A stretch of 32,000 nt of DNA. It comes from Cupriavidus sp. HPC(L) (lineage in GTDB: Bacteria; Pseudomonadota; Gammaproteobacteria; Burkholderiales; Burkholderiaceae). Under the pieces are notes generated by a model, which made no database searches, was not told the DNA's origin, and saw nothing but the letters and a program-made list of their open reading frames with translations. The first letter of the stretch is position 1; the number at the start of each line of letters is the position of its first letter. Below are positions 1 to 8,789 of this stretch, piece by piece. The stretch covers positions 6,345 through 38,344 of the forward strand of contig NZ_AMPR02000135.1 of the NCBI RefSeq assembly GCF_000307735.3, given 5' to 3'. The position numbers and the translations under genes are program-made.

Positions 1-46
1 GCGCATTGCAATAGTCCGCCACACATCAACAAACACCGGCAACATC

Positions 47-68
47 AAATAGTAATCATTCGCATTTT
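47..68. promoter_or_regulatory. Fur-box-like element upstream of the TonB-dependent receptor
   Basis: The sequence is aaatagtaatcattcgcatttt. The core TAATCATT matches the Fur consensus GATAATGATAATCATTATC, roughly 12/19 by eye. It lies about 135 nt upstream of the preferred receptor start. Confidence 0.4.
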
Positions 69-203
69 GACGGGTGCCGATGCCTGCCGTTCTCTGGCGA
101 GCGTCGAAATGCGGTGTTCACCTCTTTGATGGGGAGGGTGCTTGTTGTTTCCAGCGAAGGCTCGGCAGCACGTCAGGTCCGTTGTCCTTCTCTGGAGTCC
201 TCC

Positions 204-2480
204 GTGCAGCAAAGAAAAATAGCGAACGCCATCCGCCTGCTGGTGTCAGGCGCTTCCGCGGGTCTGGTGATCTCTGTCTCGACGATGCCGCTCGCCGCCC
301 ATGCCCAGGCAGCCGCCGGCGAGGGCACGGGGAGCGGACGCGCCAGCACGGGCGGCAACGTGCTGCCCCAGGTAACCGTCTCCGGCGACGCGATCCAGAA
401 CACCAATGACGCCCCGCTTGGCATTTCACGGCTGCCGGACACGGTCCGCGAAACGCCGAAGACGATCAACGTGGTGCCGCAGGAGGTCATCGAGCAGCAG
501 CACGCCACCTCGCTCGAGCAGATCCTGAAGAACGTGCCGGGCATCACGATCTCGACCGGCGAGGGCAACGGCGGCCAGAGCGGCGACCAGTTCCGCATCC
601 GTGGCCTGTCCGCCAAGGGCGACATCTATGTCGACGGCCTGCGCGATTTCGGCGCCTACAAGCGCGATGCGTTCAACACGGAAAGCGTCGAGGTCATCAA
701 GGGACCTTCCGGCGAGAGCTTCGGCGTGGGCAATGTCGGTGGCCTGATCAACCAGACCACCAAGAAGGCGAACCTGCATACCAGCACCAGCATCGACCAG
801 GGTTTCGCCACCGAAGACACCTATCGCACCACGGTCGACAGCAACTTCCGCCTGAACGACACCTCGGCGCTGCGCATCAACGGCATGTTCCAGAACGGCC
901 GCGTGGCCGACCGCGCCCACGTCGGCGACGATCGCCGCGGCCTGGCGATCGATTTCGGCACCGGCTTGGGCACCAGCACCGAGTGGCACCTGAACTATTC
1001 GTACCTGCGCCGCACCGGCGCGCCGGACTTCGGCGTGCCGGTCGCGCAGGGCGCCGATGGCATCTACCGTCCGCTGACCGAGTACGGCGTGCCGGGCATC
1101 TTGTCGTCGACCTCGTACGTGCGCAATACCGACCGCGACAGGACCGACGCGCACGTGGTGTCGTCGAACTTCAAGACGAAGCTCGACAACGGCATCACGA
1201 TCAGCAACGACACCCGCTTCAGCTACTACGAGCGCGACTTCTCGGCGACCAATCCGGCCGCGGTCAGCTATGCCAATCTCCAGCGTCTGCTGGCCGGGGG
1301 CAACGTTCCCGTGTCGTACGGCGCCGGCGGCGGCATGACCTATCTGCAGCGCGGCTGGGGCATCCAGAACGTGCTGAGCGCCAAGGGCGAGTTTATGACC
1401 AGCAGCCTGCGCCACAAGGCGATGGTGGGGCTCGATACGATCTACCAGCGCGACCATCGCAGCATGGGCAGCTGGACCGGCCGCAACAACAACCAGACCG
1501 TCGTCAATCCGGTGTTCGACAACAGCCCGAACGCGACGGTGGCGTACGCCAACACGCGCGACGCCAATGCGACCAATGTCGGCGTGTTCATCAACGACCG
1601 CGTCTGGCTCAACGACAAGTTCTCGCTGCTCGGCAGCCTGCGCTGGGACTACTTCCAGAGCGAGTTCTCGACCAGTGCCTCGACGCTGGGCGGCAAGGCG
1701 GACTCGAAGAAGCTGAGCCCGTCGATCAGCGCGATCTGGGAGCCGACCAGGGACACGATGTTCTACACGTCGTTCTCGCGTACCTACCGGCCCGTGGGCA
1801 CCGATATCGCGGTGGCGGTCGGCGGCGTGGCATCGGAAGTGCCGCAGAACGGCGTCGGCAACGAGCCCGAGCGTTCGGACACCATCGAGGTCGGTGCCAA
1901 GGTGGACTTCCTCGACAAGCGTCTGGGCCTCACCGGCGCGATCTTCCAGACGAAGAAGGCCAACGCCTACACGGTCGATCCGGTGACCGGCGACATCACC
2001 AACGGCTTCTCCGATTCGGGCGAGGGCCGCAAGATCCGCGGCGTCGAGGTGGGCTTGAGCGGCCGCATCGTCGGCGGCTGGACCGCCAATGTCGCCTATG
2101 CCTACCTGAGCGGCGAGGTGACTTCGGCCACCAATGGCGCCATCGTCGGCAATGCGGCGCCGGGCGTGTCGCGCCACAACGTCACGCTGTGGACCGCCTA
2201 TGACATCCCGCACACGCTGCTGCCGGTGCCGGGCAAGCTGACCATCGGCGGCGGCCTGCAGTACGCCACCGGCTACTGGGCCGATTCGGCGAACACGGCC
2301 AAGATGCCGGACAACTTCTCGCTGGACGCGATGATCGCGTACAAGGTCGGCAAGTACCGGATCTCGCTGAACGGCTACAACCTGACGGACCATCTGAACT
2401 ACCAGTCCTCGTTCGGCGCCGTGCGTGCGGTGCCGACCTCGCGCAGGACGTTCCTGCTGAACGTCGGCATGACGTTCTAA
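204..2480 (+). CDS. TonB-dependent (siderophore-type) outer-membrane receptor
   Basis: This is the frame of ORF 114..2480. I prefer GTG 204, with GGAG 6 nt upstream, which gives the signal peptide ..LLVSGASAGLVISVSTMPLAAHAQA. Plug motifs are present (TINVVPQEVIEQQ, NVPGITISTGEG, FRIRGL, IYVDGLRD), followed by a long beta-barrel and a terminal ..LNVGMTF. The start could be earlier, at 114. Confidence 0.9.
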   Translation: MQQRKIANAIRLLVSGASAGLVISVSTMPLAAHAQAAAGEGTGSGRASTGGNVLPQVTVSGDAIQNTNDAPLGISRLPDTVRETPKTINVVPQEVIEQQHATSLEQILKNVPGITISTGEGNGGQSGDQFRIRGLSAKGDIYVDGLRDFGAYKRDAFNTESVEVIKGPSGESFGVGNVGGLINQTTKKANLHTSTSIDQGFATEDTYRTTVDSNFRLNDTSALRINGMFQNGRVADRAHVGDDRRGLAIDFGTGLGTSTEWHLNYSYLRRTGAPDFGVPVAQGADGIYRPLTEYGVPGILSSTSYVRNTDRDRTDAHVVSSNFKTKLDNGITISNDTRFSYYERDFSATNPAAVSYANLQRLLAGGNVPVSYGAGGGMTYLQRGWGIQNVLSAKGEFMTSSLRHKAMVGLDTIYQRDHRSMGSWTGRNNNQTVVNPVFDNSPNATVAYANTRDANATNVGVFINDRVWLNDKFSLLGSLRWDYFQSEFSTSASTLGGKADSKKLSPSISAIWEPTRDTMFYTSFSRTYRPVGTDIAVAVGGVASEVPQNGVGNEPERSDTIEVGAKVDFLDKRLGLTGAIFQTKKANAYTVDPVTGDITNGFSDSGEGRKIRGVEVGLSGRIVGGWTANVAYAYLSGEVTSATNGAIVGNAAPGVSRHNVTLWTAYDIPHTLLPVPGKLTIGGGLQYATGYWADSANTAKMPDNFSLDAMIAYKVGKYRISLNGYNLTDHLNYQSSFGAVRAVPTSRRTFLLNVGMTF

Positions 2481-2515
2481 GCGGAGACGAAGGGGCGGTG
2501 CCCCCGAACACCCGT

Positions 2516-2590
2516 CACGTCGTTCCCCGCACGCGGGAACCCAGCGTCTTTCAAAGCCACTGGGTCCCCGCCTGCGCGGGGACGACGTGT
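2516..2590. repeat. REP-like compound palindrome, also the likely receptor terminator
   Basis: The sequence is cacgtcgttccccgc-a-gcgggaacccag ... ctgggtccccgc-ct-gcggggacgacgtg, with nested outer and inner inverted repeats. The same GTCGTTCCCGCG/CGCGGGGACGAC family recurs at 28001-28026. Confidence 0.7.
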
Positions 2591-2634
2591 TGGCTGGCGA
2601 AGCGGAGCCGCTAGAATTGCGAAATTCCGCTGCC

Positions 2635-2670
2635 TTTGCGCCGCTCCTTGCGCCGCTTTTTGCGCCACTC
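2635..2670. repeat. Three tandem 12-mers immediately upstream of piuC
   Basis: The units are tttgcgccgctc / cttgcgccgctt / tttgcgccactc, head to tail. They end 14 nt before ATG 2685. Confidence 0.7.
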
Positions 2671-2684
2671 CCGCCAACCTTGCC

Positions 2685-3371
2685 ATGCTGGTCCAGATCC
2701 CCGACGTCCTGACCCCCGAAGAAATCCGGTACTGCCGCGAACGCGTCGAGCGCTCGCAATGGGTCGACGGGCGCGTGACCGCCGGCGACCTGGCGGCGCA
2801 ATCGAAGTACAACCTGCAGATTCCGGTCGACAGCGCCGAGGCGCGCGAGCTGGGCGAGCTGGTGTTGACCGCATTGGGCCGCAACCCCACCTATCATTCG
2901 GCCGCGCTGCCGCTGCGCGTGATGCCGCCGATGTTCAATCGCTACGACAGCGCGATGAATTTCGGCACGCACGTGGACAACGCGATCCGCACCGTGCCGG
3001 GCACGGGCGGCATGCGCATTCGGGCCGATGTCTCCAGCACGCTGTTCCTGTCCGATCCCGACGAGTACGAAGGCGGCGAGCTGGTGATCCAGGACCTCTA
3101 CGGTTCGCACACCGTCAAGCTGCCGGCCGGCCATCTGGTGGTCTATCCCGCGTCGTCGTTGCACAGGGTGACCCCGGTGACCAAGGGCTCGCGCTGGGCC
3201 TCGTTCTTCTGGGCGCAGTCGATGGTCAAGGACGACGGCCAGCGGCGCATGCTGTACGAGCTCGATCTCGCGATCATCGAGATCCGCAAGCAGCTGGGCG
3301 ACGACAAGGACGCCGTGTTGGCCCTGGTCAATCACTATCACAACCTGCTGCGTCGCTGGGCCGAGCTGTGA
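2685..3371 (+). CDS. piuC: PKHD-type Fe(II)/2-oxoglutarate-dependent hydroxylase (PiuC/YbiX family)
   Basis: 228 aa. The N-terminus [13 protein letters not shown] and the segment [45 protein letters not shown] carry an HxD...H facial triad with a distal Arg. The gene sits beside a TonB receptor, as is typical for piuC. Confidence 0.85.
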   Translation: MLVQIPDVLTPEEIRYCRERVERSQWVDGRVTAGDLAAQSKYNLQIPVDSAEARELGELVLTALGRNPTYHSAALPLRVMPPMFNRYDSAMNFGTHVDNAIRTVPGTGGMRIRADVSSTLFLSDPDEYEGGELVIQDLYGSHTVKLPAGHLVVYPASSLHRVTPVTKGSRWASFFWAQSMVKDDGQRRMLYELDLAIIEIRKQLGDDKDAVLALVNHYHNLLRRWAEL

Positions 3372-4459
3372 CGCGCTGGCAGATCCCCGCGGATACCGTC
3401 TCGCTGCGCGATTACGAGCGCCGCTTCCACGAACGGGTGGAGCCGGGCGTGCGCGCCTATGTCGCGGGCGCCGCCGCGGACGGCATCACGCAGCGCGAGA
3501 ACGGCGCCGCGTTCGAGCGGCTGCGGCTGATGCCGAGCGCGCTGGTCGACATGTCGCACGCCTCGGCACGGCGCACGTTGTTCGGCGAGGCGCTCGACTA
3601 CCCGATCCTGATCGCGCCGACGGCCTTCCATCGGCTGGTGCATCCGGACGGCGAACTGGCGACGGTGCACGCCGCATCGCTGACGCGCACGTGGATGACG
3701 GTCAGCACGCAGGCCAGCGTGACGCTCGAGGCGATCGCGCGGGCCTCGACGGTGCCGCTGTGGTTCCAGCTGTATCTTCAGCCGCGGCCGCAGGATACGG
3801 CCGACCTGGTGCGCCGCGCCGAGCAGGCCGGATACAGGGCCATTGTCGTGACCATCGACGCCGCCGTCAGCGGCGTCCGCAATATCGAGCAGCGCGCGGG
3901 CTTCCGGCTGCCGGACGATGTCGGGGCGGTCAATCTGGCGGGCTATCCGCCGGTCGAGCCGGTCAGCGCCAGCCACGGCAGCCCGGTCTTCCGCGGCATG
4001 CTGAAGAACGCGCCGACATGGCGCGATATCGAGACGCTGTGTGGTCAGACGTCGCTGCCGGTGCTGGTCAAGGGCCTGCTCAATCCGAACGATGTCGAGC
4101 CGGCCCTGAACGCCGGGGTCGCCGGCATCGTCGTCTCCAACCATGGCGGACGCACGCTGGACACCGTACCGGCGACGATCGATTGCCTGCCCGCCGTCGC
4201 GGCGCAAGTCGGTGGCAGGGTGCCGGTCTTGCTGGATGGCGGCATCCGGCGCGGAACGGATATCGTCAAGGCGATCGCGCTGGGCGCGACCGCCGTGATG
4301 CTCGGGCAACCGGTGCTTCATGCGCTGGCGGTGGGCGGCATGCCTGGCGTCGCGCATATGCTGACGCTGCTGCAGACCGAGCTGGAAATCGCGATGGCGC
4401 TGGCCGGCTGCCCCACGTTGGACGCGATCGATGGGTCCGTTCTGGCGCGCTCGCGATAG
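3368..4459 (+). CDS. FMN-dependent alpha-hydroxy-acid oxidase/dehydrogenase (LldD / glycolate-oxidase family)
   Basis: GTG 3368 overlaps the piuC stop (GTGA). Motifs include [32 protein letters not shown] and [11 protein letters not shown]. It is in frame with the spurious long ORF 2636..4459. Confidence 0.85.
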   Translation: MTRWQIPADTVSLRDYERRFHERVEPGVRAYVAGAAADGITQRENGAAFERLRLMPSALVDMSHASARRTLFGEALDYPILIAPTAFHRLVHPDGELATVHAASLTRTWMTVSTQASVTLEAIARASTVPLWFQLYLQPRPQDTADLVRRAEQAGYRAIVVTIDAAVSGVRNIEQRAGFRLPDDVGAVNLAGYPPVEPVSASHGSPVFRGMLKNAPTWRDIETLCGQTSLPVLVKGLLNPNDVEPALNAGVAGIVVSNHGGRTLDTVPATIDCLPAVAAQVGGRVPVLLDGGIRRGTDIVKAIALGATAVMLGQPVLHALAVGGMPGVAHMLTLLQTELEIAMALAGCPTLDAIDGSVLARSR

Positions 4460-4493
4460 CCGTGCCGGCCGGCGCGGTGCGCAGGGCCTCTAC

Positions 4494-4509
4494 TGATAAT
4501 AAGTTATCA
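4494..4509. promoter_or_regulatory. Fur-family (Zur or Fur) operator-like palindrome
   Basis: The sequence is TGATAAtaagTTATCA, perfect 6-bp arms in an AT-rich patch (ctactgataataagttatcatttgcc). It lies about 85 nt upstream of the DUF2796 start. Confidence 0.5.
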
Positions 4510-4594
4510 TTTGCCGATCCCGGCGCGCCGCCCGGTGTGTTGTCTTTGATCCTGTCCGTTGAGCGGGCAGCCTTCGCAGAAGGACGATCGACTC

Positions 4595-5149
4595 ATGTAT
4601 TCGCGACTCTCCCCACTGTTTGCCATCGCCGTCTTCGCTGCCTGCATCGCCGGTCGGGCGCAGGCCGCCGAGCCGCATGTCCATGGGCAAGCGACGCTCG
4701 ATGTCGCGGTGGAAGGCCAGGTGCTGTCCATCGCGCTCGCATCGCCGCTCGACAATGTATTCGGCTTCGAGCGCCTGCCGCGCACCGACGCCGAACGGGC
4801 GAAGGTCCGTCAGGCCATTGCCGGCCTGCGCGACGGTGCGGCGTTGTTCCGGCCTTCCCCGGAGGCCGACTGCCGGCTCGAAGCCGCGCAGGTGCAATTC
4901 GGCGCGCTGCACCACGGCCTGACCGGCGAGGGAGAAGCGCCGCGCGGCCAGCCGCAGGCCGAGCATCAGCACGCGGATCTCGATGCGGACTACCGCTTCC
5001 GCTGCGCCCGGCCCGAGGCGTTGCGTTCTGTCGACGTACGCGTGTTCCGCCTGTTTCCGGGCGTCAGCCGGATTGCCGTCCAGCTTGCCACCGACACGCG
5101 CCAGTCTGGCGCGACGCTGACGCCGGCACAGCCGCGCCTGCGCTGGTGA
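4595..5149 (+). CDS. DUF2796 / ZrgA-like periplasmic metal-binding protein
   Basis: I chose ATG 4595, with AAGGA upstream, over ORF start 4559. The signal peptide is MYSRLSPLFAIAVFAACIAGRAQA. His-rich segments (EPHVHGQATLDV, GALHHG, AEHQHADLDADYRF) are typical of DUF2796. Confidence 0.75.
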   Translation: MYSRLSPLFAIAVFAACIAGRAQAAEPHVHGQATLDVAVEGQVLSIALASPLDNVFGFERLPRTDAERAKVRQAIAGLRDGAALFRPSPEADCRLEAAQVQFGALHHGLTGEGEAPRGQPQAEHQHADLDADYRFRCARPEALRSVDVRVFRLFPGVSRIAVQLATDTRQSGATLTPAQPRLRW

Positions 5150-5154
5150 GGGCG

Positions 5155-5895
5155 ATGGCGCAGGCGATGGCGGAGGCGATGGCACAGGTGCCGCACGAAG
5201 AGCCGCTGGTCGTGGCGAGGAATGTCGACTTTCGCTGGCCCGGTCGCGACGGCGGCGCGCTGTCGCTGCCTGCCTTCGAACTGGCTCGCGGCGAGCATCT
5301 GTTTGTCTCCGGCCCCAGCGGCAGCGGCAAGACCACGCTGCTGTCGCTGCTGGCCGGCGTGGTGGCGCCGCGTCAGGGCTCGATCCGGATCGCCGGTACC
5401 GATCTGACGACGCTGCCATCCGCCGGACGCGACCGCTTTCGCGCCGACCACATCGGCATCATCTTCCAGCAGCTGAATCTGCTGCCCTATCTGTCCGTGC
5501 TCGACAACGTGCTGTTGCCGTGCCGCTTCTCCGCGAGCCGCAAGACGCGCGCCCGCGAGCAGGCCGGTGGAGCGGTCGAAGCGGCCGGCATGCTGCTGGA
5601 ACGGCTCGATATGCCGGCCAGCCTGTGGCGACGCCCCGCGGCGGAGCTGTCAGTGGGGCAGCAGCAGCGGGTCGCCGCGGCGCGCGCGCTGCTGGGGCGG
5701 CCCGAACTGATCCTGGCGGACGAGCCCACGTCCTCGCTCGATGCCGCCCGGCAGGCCGCGTTCATGACGCTGCTGCAGCGGGAGTGCCGCGCGTCCGGCG
5801 CCGGGCTGGTGATGGTCAGCCACGATGAGCGGCTGGCGTCCGGCTTCGACCGGCGCTTCACGATGCCGGCCGCGCGCGAAGAGGAGCCGGCATGA
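5155..5895 (+). CDS. ABC transporter ATP-binding protein (MacB/LolD-like)
   Basis: Walker A is GPSGSGKTTLL, the signature is LSVGQQQRVAAARAL, and Walker B is LILADEPTSSLD. The start is ambiguous among GTG 5146, ATG 5155/5167/5179 and GTG 5188. The upstream part of ORF 3691..5895 is spurious. Confidence 0.85.
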   Translation: MAQAMAEAMAQVPHEEPLVVARNVDFRWPGRDGGALSLPAFELARGEHLFVSGPSGSGKTTLLSLLAGVVAPRQGSIRIAGTDLTTLPSAGRDRFRADHIGIIFQQLNLLPYLSVLDNVLLPCRFSASRKTRAREQAGGAVEAAGMLLERLDMPASLWRRPAAELSVGQQQRVAAARALLGRPELILADEPTSSLDAARQAAFMTLLQRECRASGAGLVMVSHDERLASGFDRRFTMPAAREEEPA

Positions 5896-7175
5896 TCGCG
5901 CTGATGTCGATTGCCGCGCGCAGCGCGTGGAACCGCCGCTTCAACCTGGTCTGGATGGTGATTGCGATCGCGCTGTCGACGGCGCTGCTGCTCGGCATCG
6001 AGCGGGTCCGGCATCAGGTGCGCGCCAGCTTCGCGCAGTCGGTGTCGGGCACGGATCTGATCGTCGGCGCCCGCACCAGCCCGATCCAGCTGGTGCTGTA
6101 CGCGGTCTTCCGGCTCGGCGGCGCGACCAACAACATCGGTTGGGGCAGCGTGCAACGCCTTGCCGCCCACCCGCAGGTCGCATGGACGATCCCGCTTTCG
6201 CTGGGCGATTCGCATCGCGGCTTTCCGGTGCTGGCGACCACGGCCGGGTATTTCGAGCATTTCCGCCATGGCGATGGCCGCGCGCTGCGGCTCGCGCAGG
6301 GACGCCCCTTCGACGACAGGATCGATGGCATGTTCGACGCGGTGCTCGGCGCCGAGGTCGCCCGCCGCCTGGACTATCGCATCGGAGACAGAATCGTGCT
6401 GACCCATGGCGATGCGGCGGCCCCGGGCGCGCTGCGTCTCGAGCACGGGGACAAGCCGTTTACCGTGGTCGGTATCCTGGCGCCGACCGGAACGCCGGTC
6501 GATCGCACCATCCATATCGGCCTGGAGGCGATGCAGGCGATCCATCTCGATTTCCAGGGCGGTACACGCGTGCCCGGCGCGTCGATCGCGCCCGAGCACC
6601 TGCGCCGCTTCGATCTGACGCCCGACAGCGTCACCGCGGTGCTGGTCGGCCTGAAGCTGCGCTCGCGCGTCTTCGCGCTGCAGCGGGAGATCGCCCAGGA
6701 CACGCGCGAGCCGTTGATGGCGGTGCTGCCGGGCGTGGCGCTCGACGCGCTGTGGGACCTCGTCGATATCGCCGGCAATGCGCTGCGCGCCGTGTCGGCG
6801 CTGGTCGCGGTGATCGGGCTGGCCGGACTGGCGTCGTCGATCCTGGCCGCGCTCGGCGAGCGGCGGCGCGAACTGGCGATCCTGCGGGCGGCCGGGGCGC
6901 GGCCGCGCGATATCCTGGCCCTGCTGGCGATCGAAGGCATGATGCTGATGCTGGCCGGCGTCGCCGCGGGCGTGGCGCTGCTGTCGCTGAGCAGCGCGCT
7001 GCTCGCGGGCTGGCTGGAGGCGCGCCTGGGCGTGGCGCTGCCGGTATCGTGGCCCAGTCTCGCGGAACTGCCGCTGCTGGCCGCGCTGGTCGTGGCCGGG
7101 TTTGCGGCAAGCCTGCTGCCGGCATGGCGGGCCTACCGCCTGAGCCTGGCGGACGGGCTCAATCCGAGGACATGA
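5892..7175 (+). CDS. FtsX/MacB-type ABC permease
   Basis: 427 aa. The start overlaps the ATPase stop (ATGA). The layout is an N-terminal TM helix, a large periplasmic domain and a C-terminal FtsX-like 3-TM bundle (ILRAAGARPRDIL...). Confidence 0.8.
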   Translation: MIALMSIAARSAWNRRFNLVWMVIAIALSTALLLGIERVRHQVRASFAQSVSGTDLIVGARTSPIQLVLYAVFRLGGATNNIGWGSVQRLAAHPQVAWTIPLSLGDSHRGFPVLATTAGYFEHFRHGDGRALRLAQGRPFDDRIDGMFDAVLGAEVARRLDYRIGDRIVLTHGDAAAPGALRLEHGDKPFTVVGILAPTGTPVDRTIHIGLEAMQAIHLDFQGGTRVPGASIAPEHLRRFDLTPDSVTAVLVGLKLRSRVFALQREIAQDTREPLMAVLPGVALDALWDLVDIAGNALRAVSALVAVIGLAGLASSILAALGERRRELAILRAAGARPRDILALLAIEGMMLMLAGVAAGVALLSLSSALLAGWLEARLGVALPVSWPSLAELPLLAALVVAGFAASLLPAWRAYRLSLADGLNPRT

Positions 7176-7178
7176 AAG

Positions 7179-7859
7179 ATGACTAGGCAAACGCCAGGCA
7201 ATCCGCGGCGCCGCAAGTGGCTGCTCGCGGCAGGCGGCGCGTTGGGGGTGGCGGGCCTGAGCACGGCGGGGCTCTGGTGGATCCGCGGCCGCGGCGACTC
7301 GGCCGGATCGTCGTCGACCGCGCGGCGCAAATACGCGATCGGCGAAACGCTGGAGCGCGAGACGCCGCCCACGGCTCCCGCGCCCACGACCTATCGCGAG
7401 ATCGAATGGGACGCGCTGCTGCCGAAAGGATGGGATCCGCTCGCGCCGCTGAAGGGCCTGGACCTGGCACAGATGGAAGATGGCGATCCCCGGGCGCAGG
7501 CAGCGCTGGAGAAGGCCAAACAATACTGGCAGGAAGCGCCGGTCGAACCTTCCCTCGATGGTTCGCCGGTACGGCTGCCGGGCTTCGTCGTCTCGTTGGG
7601 CGGCGAGGGCGAGGCGATCCGCGAATTCCTGCTGGTGCCGTATTTCGGCGCCTGCATCCACGTGCCGCCGCCGCCCGCCAATCAGGTCGTCCACGTCCAG
7701 GCGAAGGCGCCGCTGCAGGGTACCCGCACGATGGATACCGTGTGGATCGAGGGCGTGCTGCGCGTCGAGCGTGCCGAGACGGCGATGGGCGACAGCGGCT
7801 ATGCGATGCGCGACGCGCGCGTCGAGCCTTATGTGGAGCCGCGGCGCGAGCGTCCGTGA
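7179..7859 (+). CDS. DUF3299 domain protein, exported
   Basis: 226 aa, with GAGGA 8 nt upstream. The N-terminus is RRRKWLLAAGGALGVAGL, which looks Tat/Sec-like. The core VRLPGFVV.L.....I.EFLLVPYFGACIHVPPPPANQ.V.V is the DUF3299 signature. Confidence 0.75.
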   Translation: MTRQTPGNPRRRKWLLAAGGALGVAGLSTAGLWWIRGRGDSAGSSSTARRKYAIGETLERETPPTAPAPTTYREIEWDALLPKGWDPLAPLKGLDLAQMEDGDPRAQAALEKAKQYWQEAPVEPSLDGSPVRLPGFVVSLGGEGEAIREFLLVPYFGACIHVPPPPANQVVHVQAKAPLQGTRTMDTVWIEGVLRVERAETAMGDSGYAMRDARVEPYVEPRRERP

Positions 7860-7906
7860 TCCGACGCTGATCGCCCAATGCGCGCGCCGCGGTTCCGGGT
7901 CAAGCC

Positions 7907-8677
7907 CTAGTGCGCGCGAGTCGGCAGTCCCACCGCATCGACCAGCACCTGCTCGAGCCATGCCGGGCCGTTGGTCGACAGGCGGGCGAGCAGCCCCGTA
8001 TCCGCCCCGGTACCGATCGCCAGCACGCCGCCCAGCACGGCCAGGCCCAGCGCGCGGCGCAGCCATTCGGTCGCACCCATCGAACGCTTCATGGCGGTTA
8101 GCACGCGGCCGCCGATGCCCAGCGCAGCCGCCAGCGAGGTCGCCGCCCCCGCGGCGTAGGCCAGCAACGCCAGCGACGTCGACACGCTCGCGCCGTTCAG
8201 CGCCGCACCGGTCAGCACCAGTCCAAGGATCGGGCCGGCGCACGGGGCCCACAGCATGCCGGTGGCGGCGCCAAGGCCCAGCGAGCCCCATATGGTGCCG
8301 GCGCTGCCACCACCACCCCTGCCGCTGCCGCTGCCATTGCCATTGCCACTACCGTCGGCCAGGCGGTTGCCGAGCGTCACCAGCGGACGGGCCAGCGCAT
8401 CGGCCAGGCGGGGCAGCAGCAGCGACAGGCCGAACACCGCAAGCAGCACCAGGGCCGCGATGCGCCCGTACTCGTTGGCCTGAACAACCCAGGCACCGCC
8501 GGCGGAGGCCAGCGTCACCACGGCGGCAAAGGTCAGCGCCATGCCGGCGAGCATCGGCAGCGTGCCGCGCAGGAACGGCTGTCCGGACCGGCTCAGCACA
8601 AAGGGCAGCACCGGCAGGATGCAGGGGCTCAGGATGGTCAGGGCGCCGCCAAGGTAGGCGAGAATCAGCAGGGTCAT
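7907..8677 (-). CDS. CcdA/DsbD-family thiol-disulfide electron-transfer membrane protein
   Basis: The start MTLLILAYLGGALTILSPCILPVLPF has GGAGA 8 nt upstream, so I prefer it to ORF start 8695. A second conserved Cys motif is ..LWAPCAGPILG... The protein is multi-TM, with a GSGNGNGSGSGRGGGGS loop insertion. Confidence 0.85.
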   Translation of the reverse strand: MTLLILAYLGGALTILSPCILPVLPFVLSRSGQPFLRGTLPMLAGMALTFAAVVTLASAGGAWVVQANEYGRIAALVLLAVFGLSLLLPRLADALARPLVTLGNRLADGSGNGNGSGSGRGGGGSAGTIWGSLGLGAATGMLWAPCAGPILGLVLTGAALNGASVSTSLALLAYAAGAATSLAAALGIGGRVLTAMKRSMGATEWLRRALGLAVLGGVLAIGTGADTGLLARLSTNGPAWLEQVLVDAVGLPTRAH

Positions 8678-8789
8678 GATCGTGTCTCCAGACAAAGGGT
8701 TGGCTTGCCCTCGATCAGACCCGGCTGGCGTCGCTGCGATGTGTCATCGAGCGGCGAGTTTGTACCGCAGTGTGGGGTCTTGCCGGCCA

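Noticed and set aside
426-3341. A 971-aa ORF on the minus strand spanning the TonB receptor and piuC
   Set aside because: It is antisense to two well-supported genes. Its translation is Arg/Ala/Gly/His-rich low-complexity sequence with no recognisable motif, which is a typical stop-codon-poor artefact of high-GC DNA.
3691-5154. The N-terminal 488 aa of ORF 3691..5895, which would make a 734-aa ABC protein
   Set aside because: This part overlaps the FMN oxidase and DUF2796 genes in other frames and is Arg/Gly/Ala-rich junk. ATPase homology begins only after position 5155.
5487-8291. A 934-aa minus-strand ORF over the ABC ATPase, permease and DUF3299 genes
   Set aside because: It has the same artefact pattern: Arg/Gln/Pro/Ala-rich, with no domains, and antisense to a coherent, translationally coupled operon.
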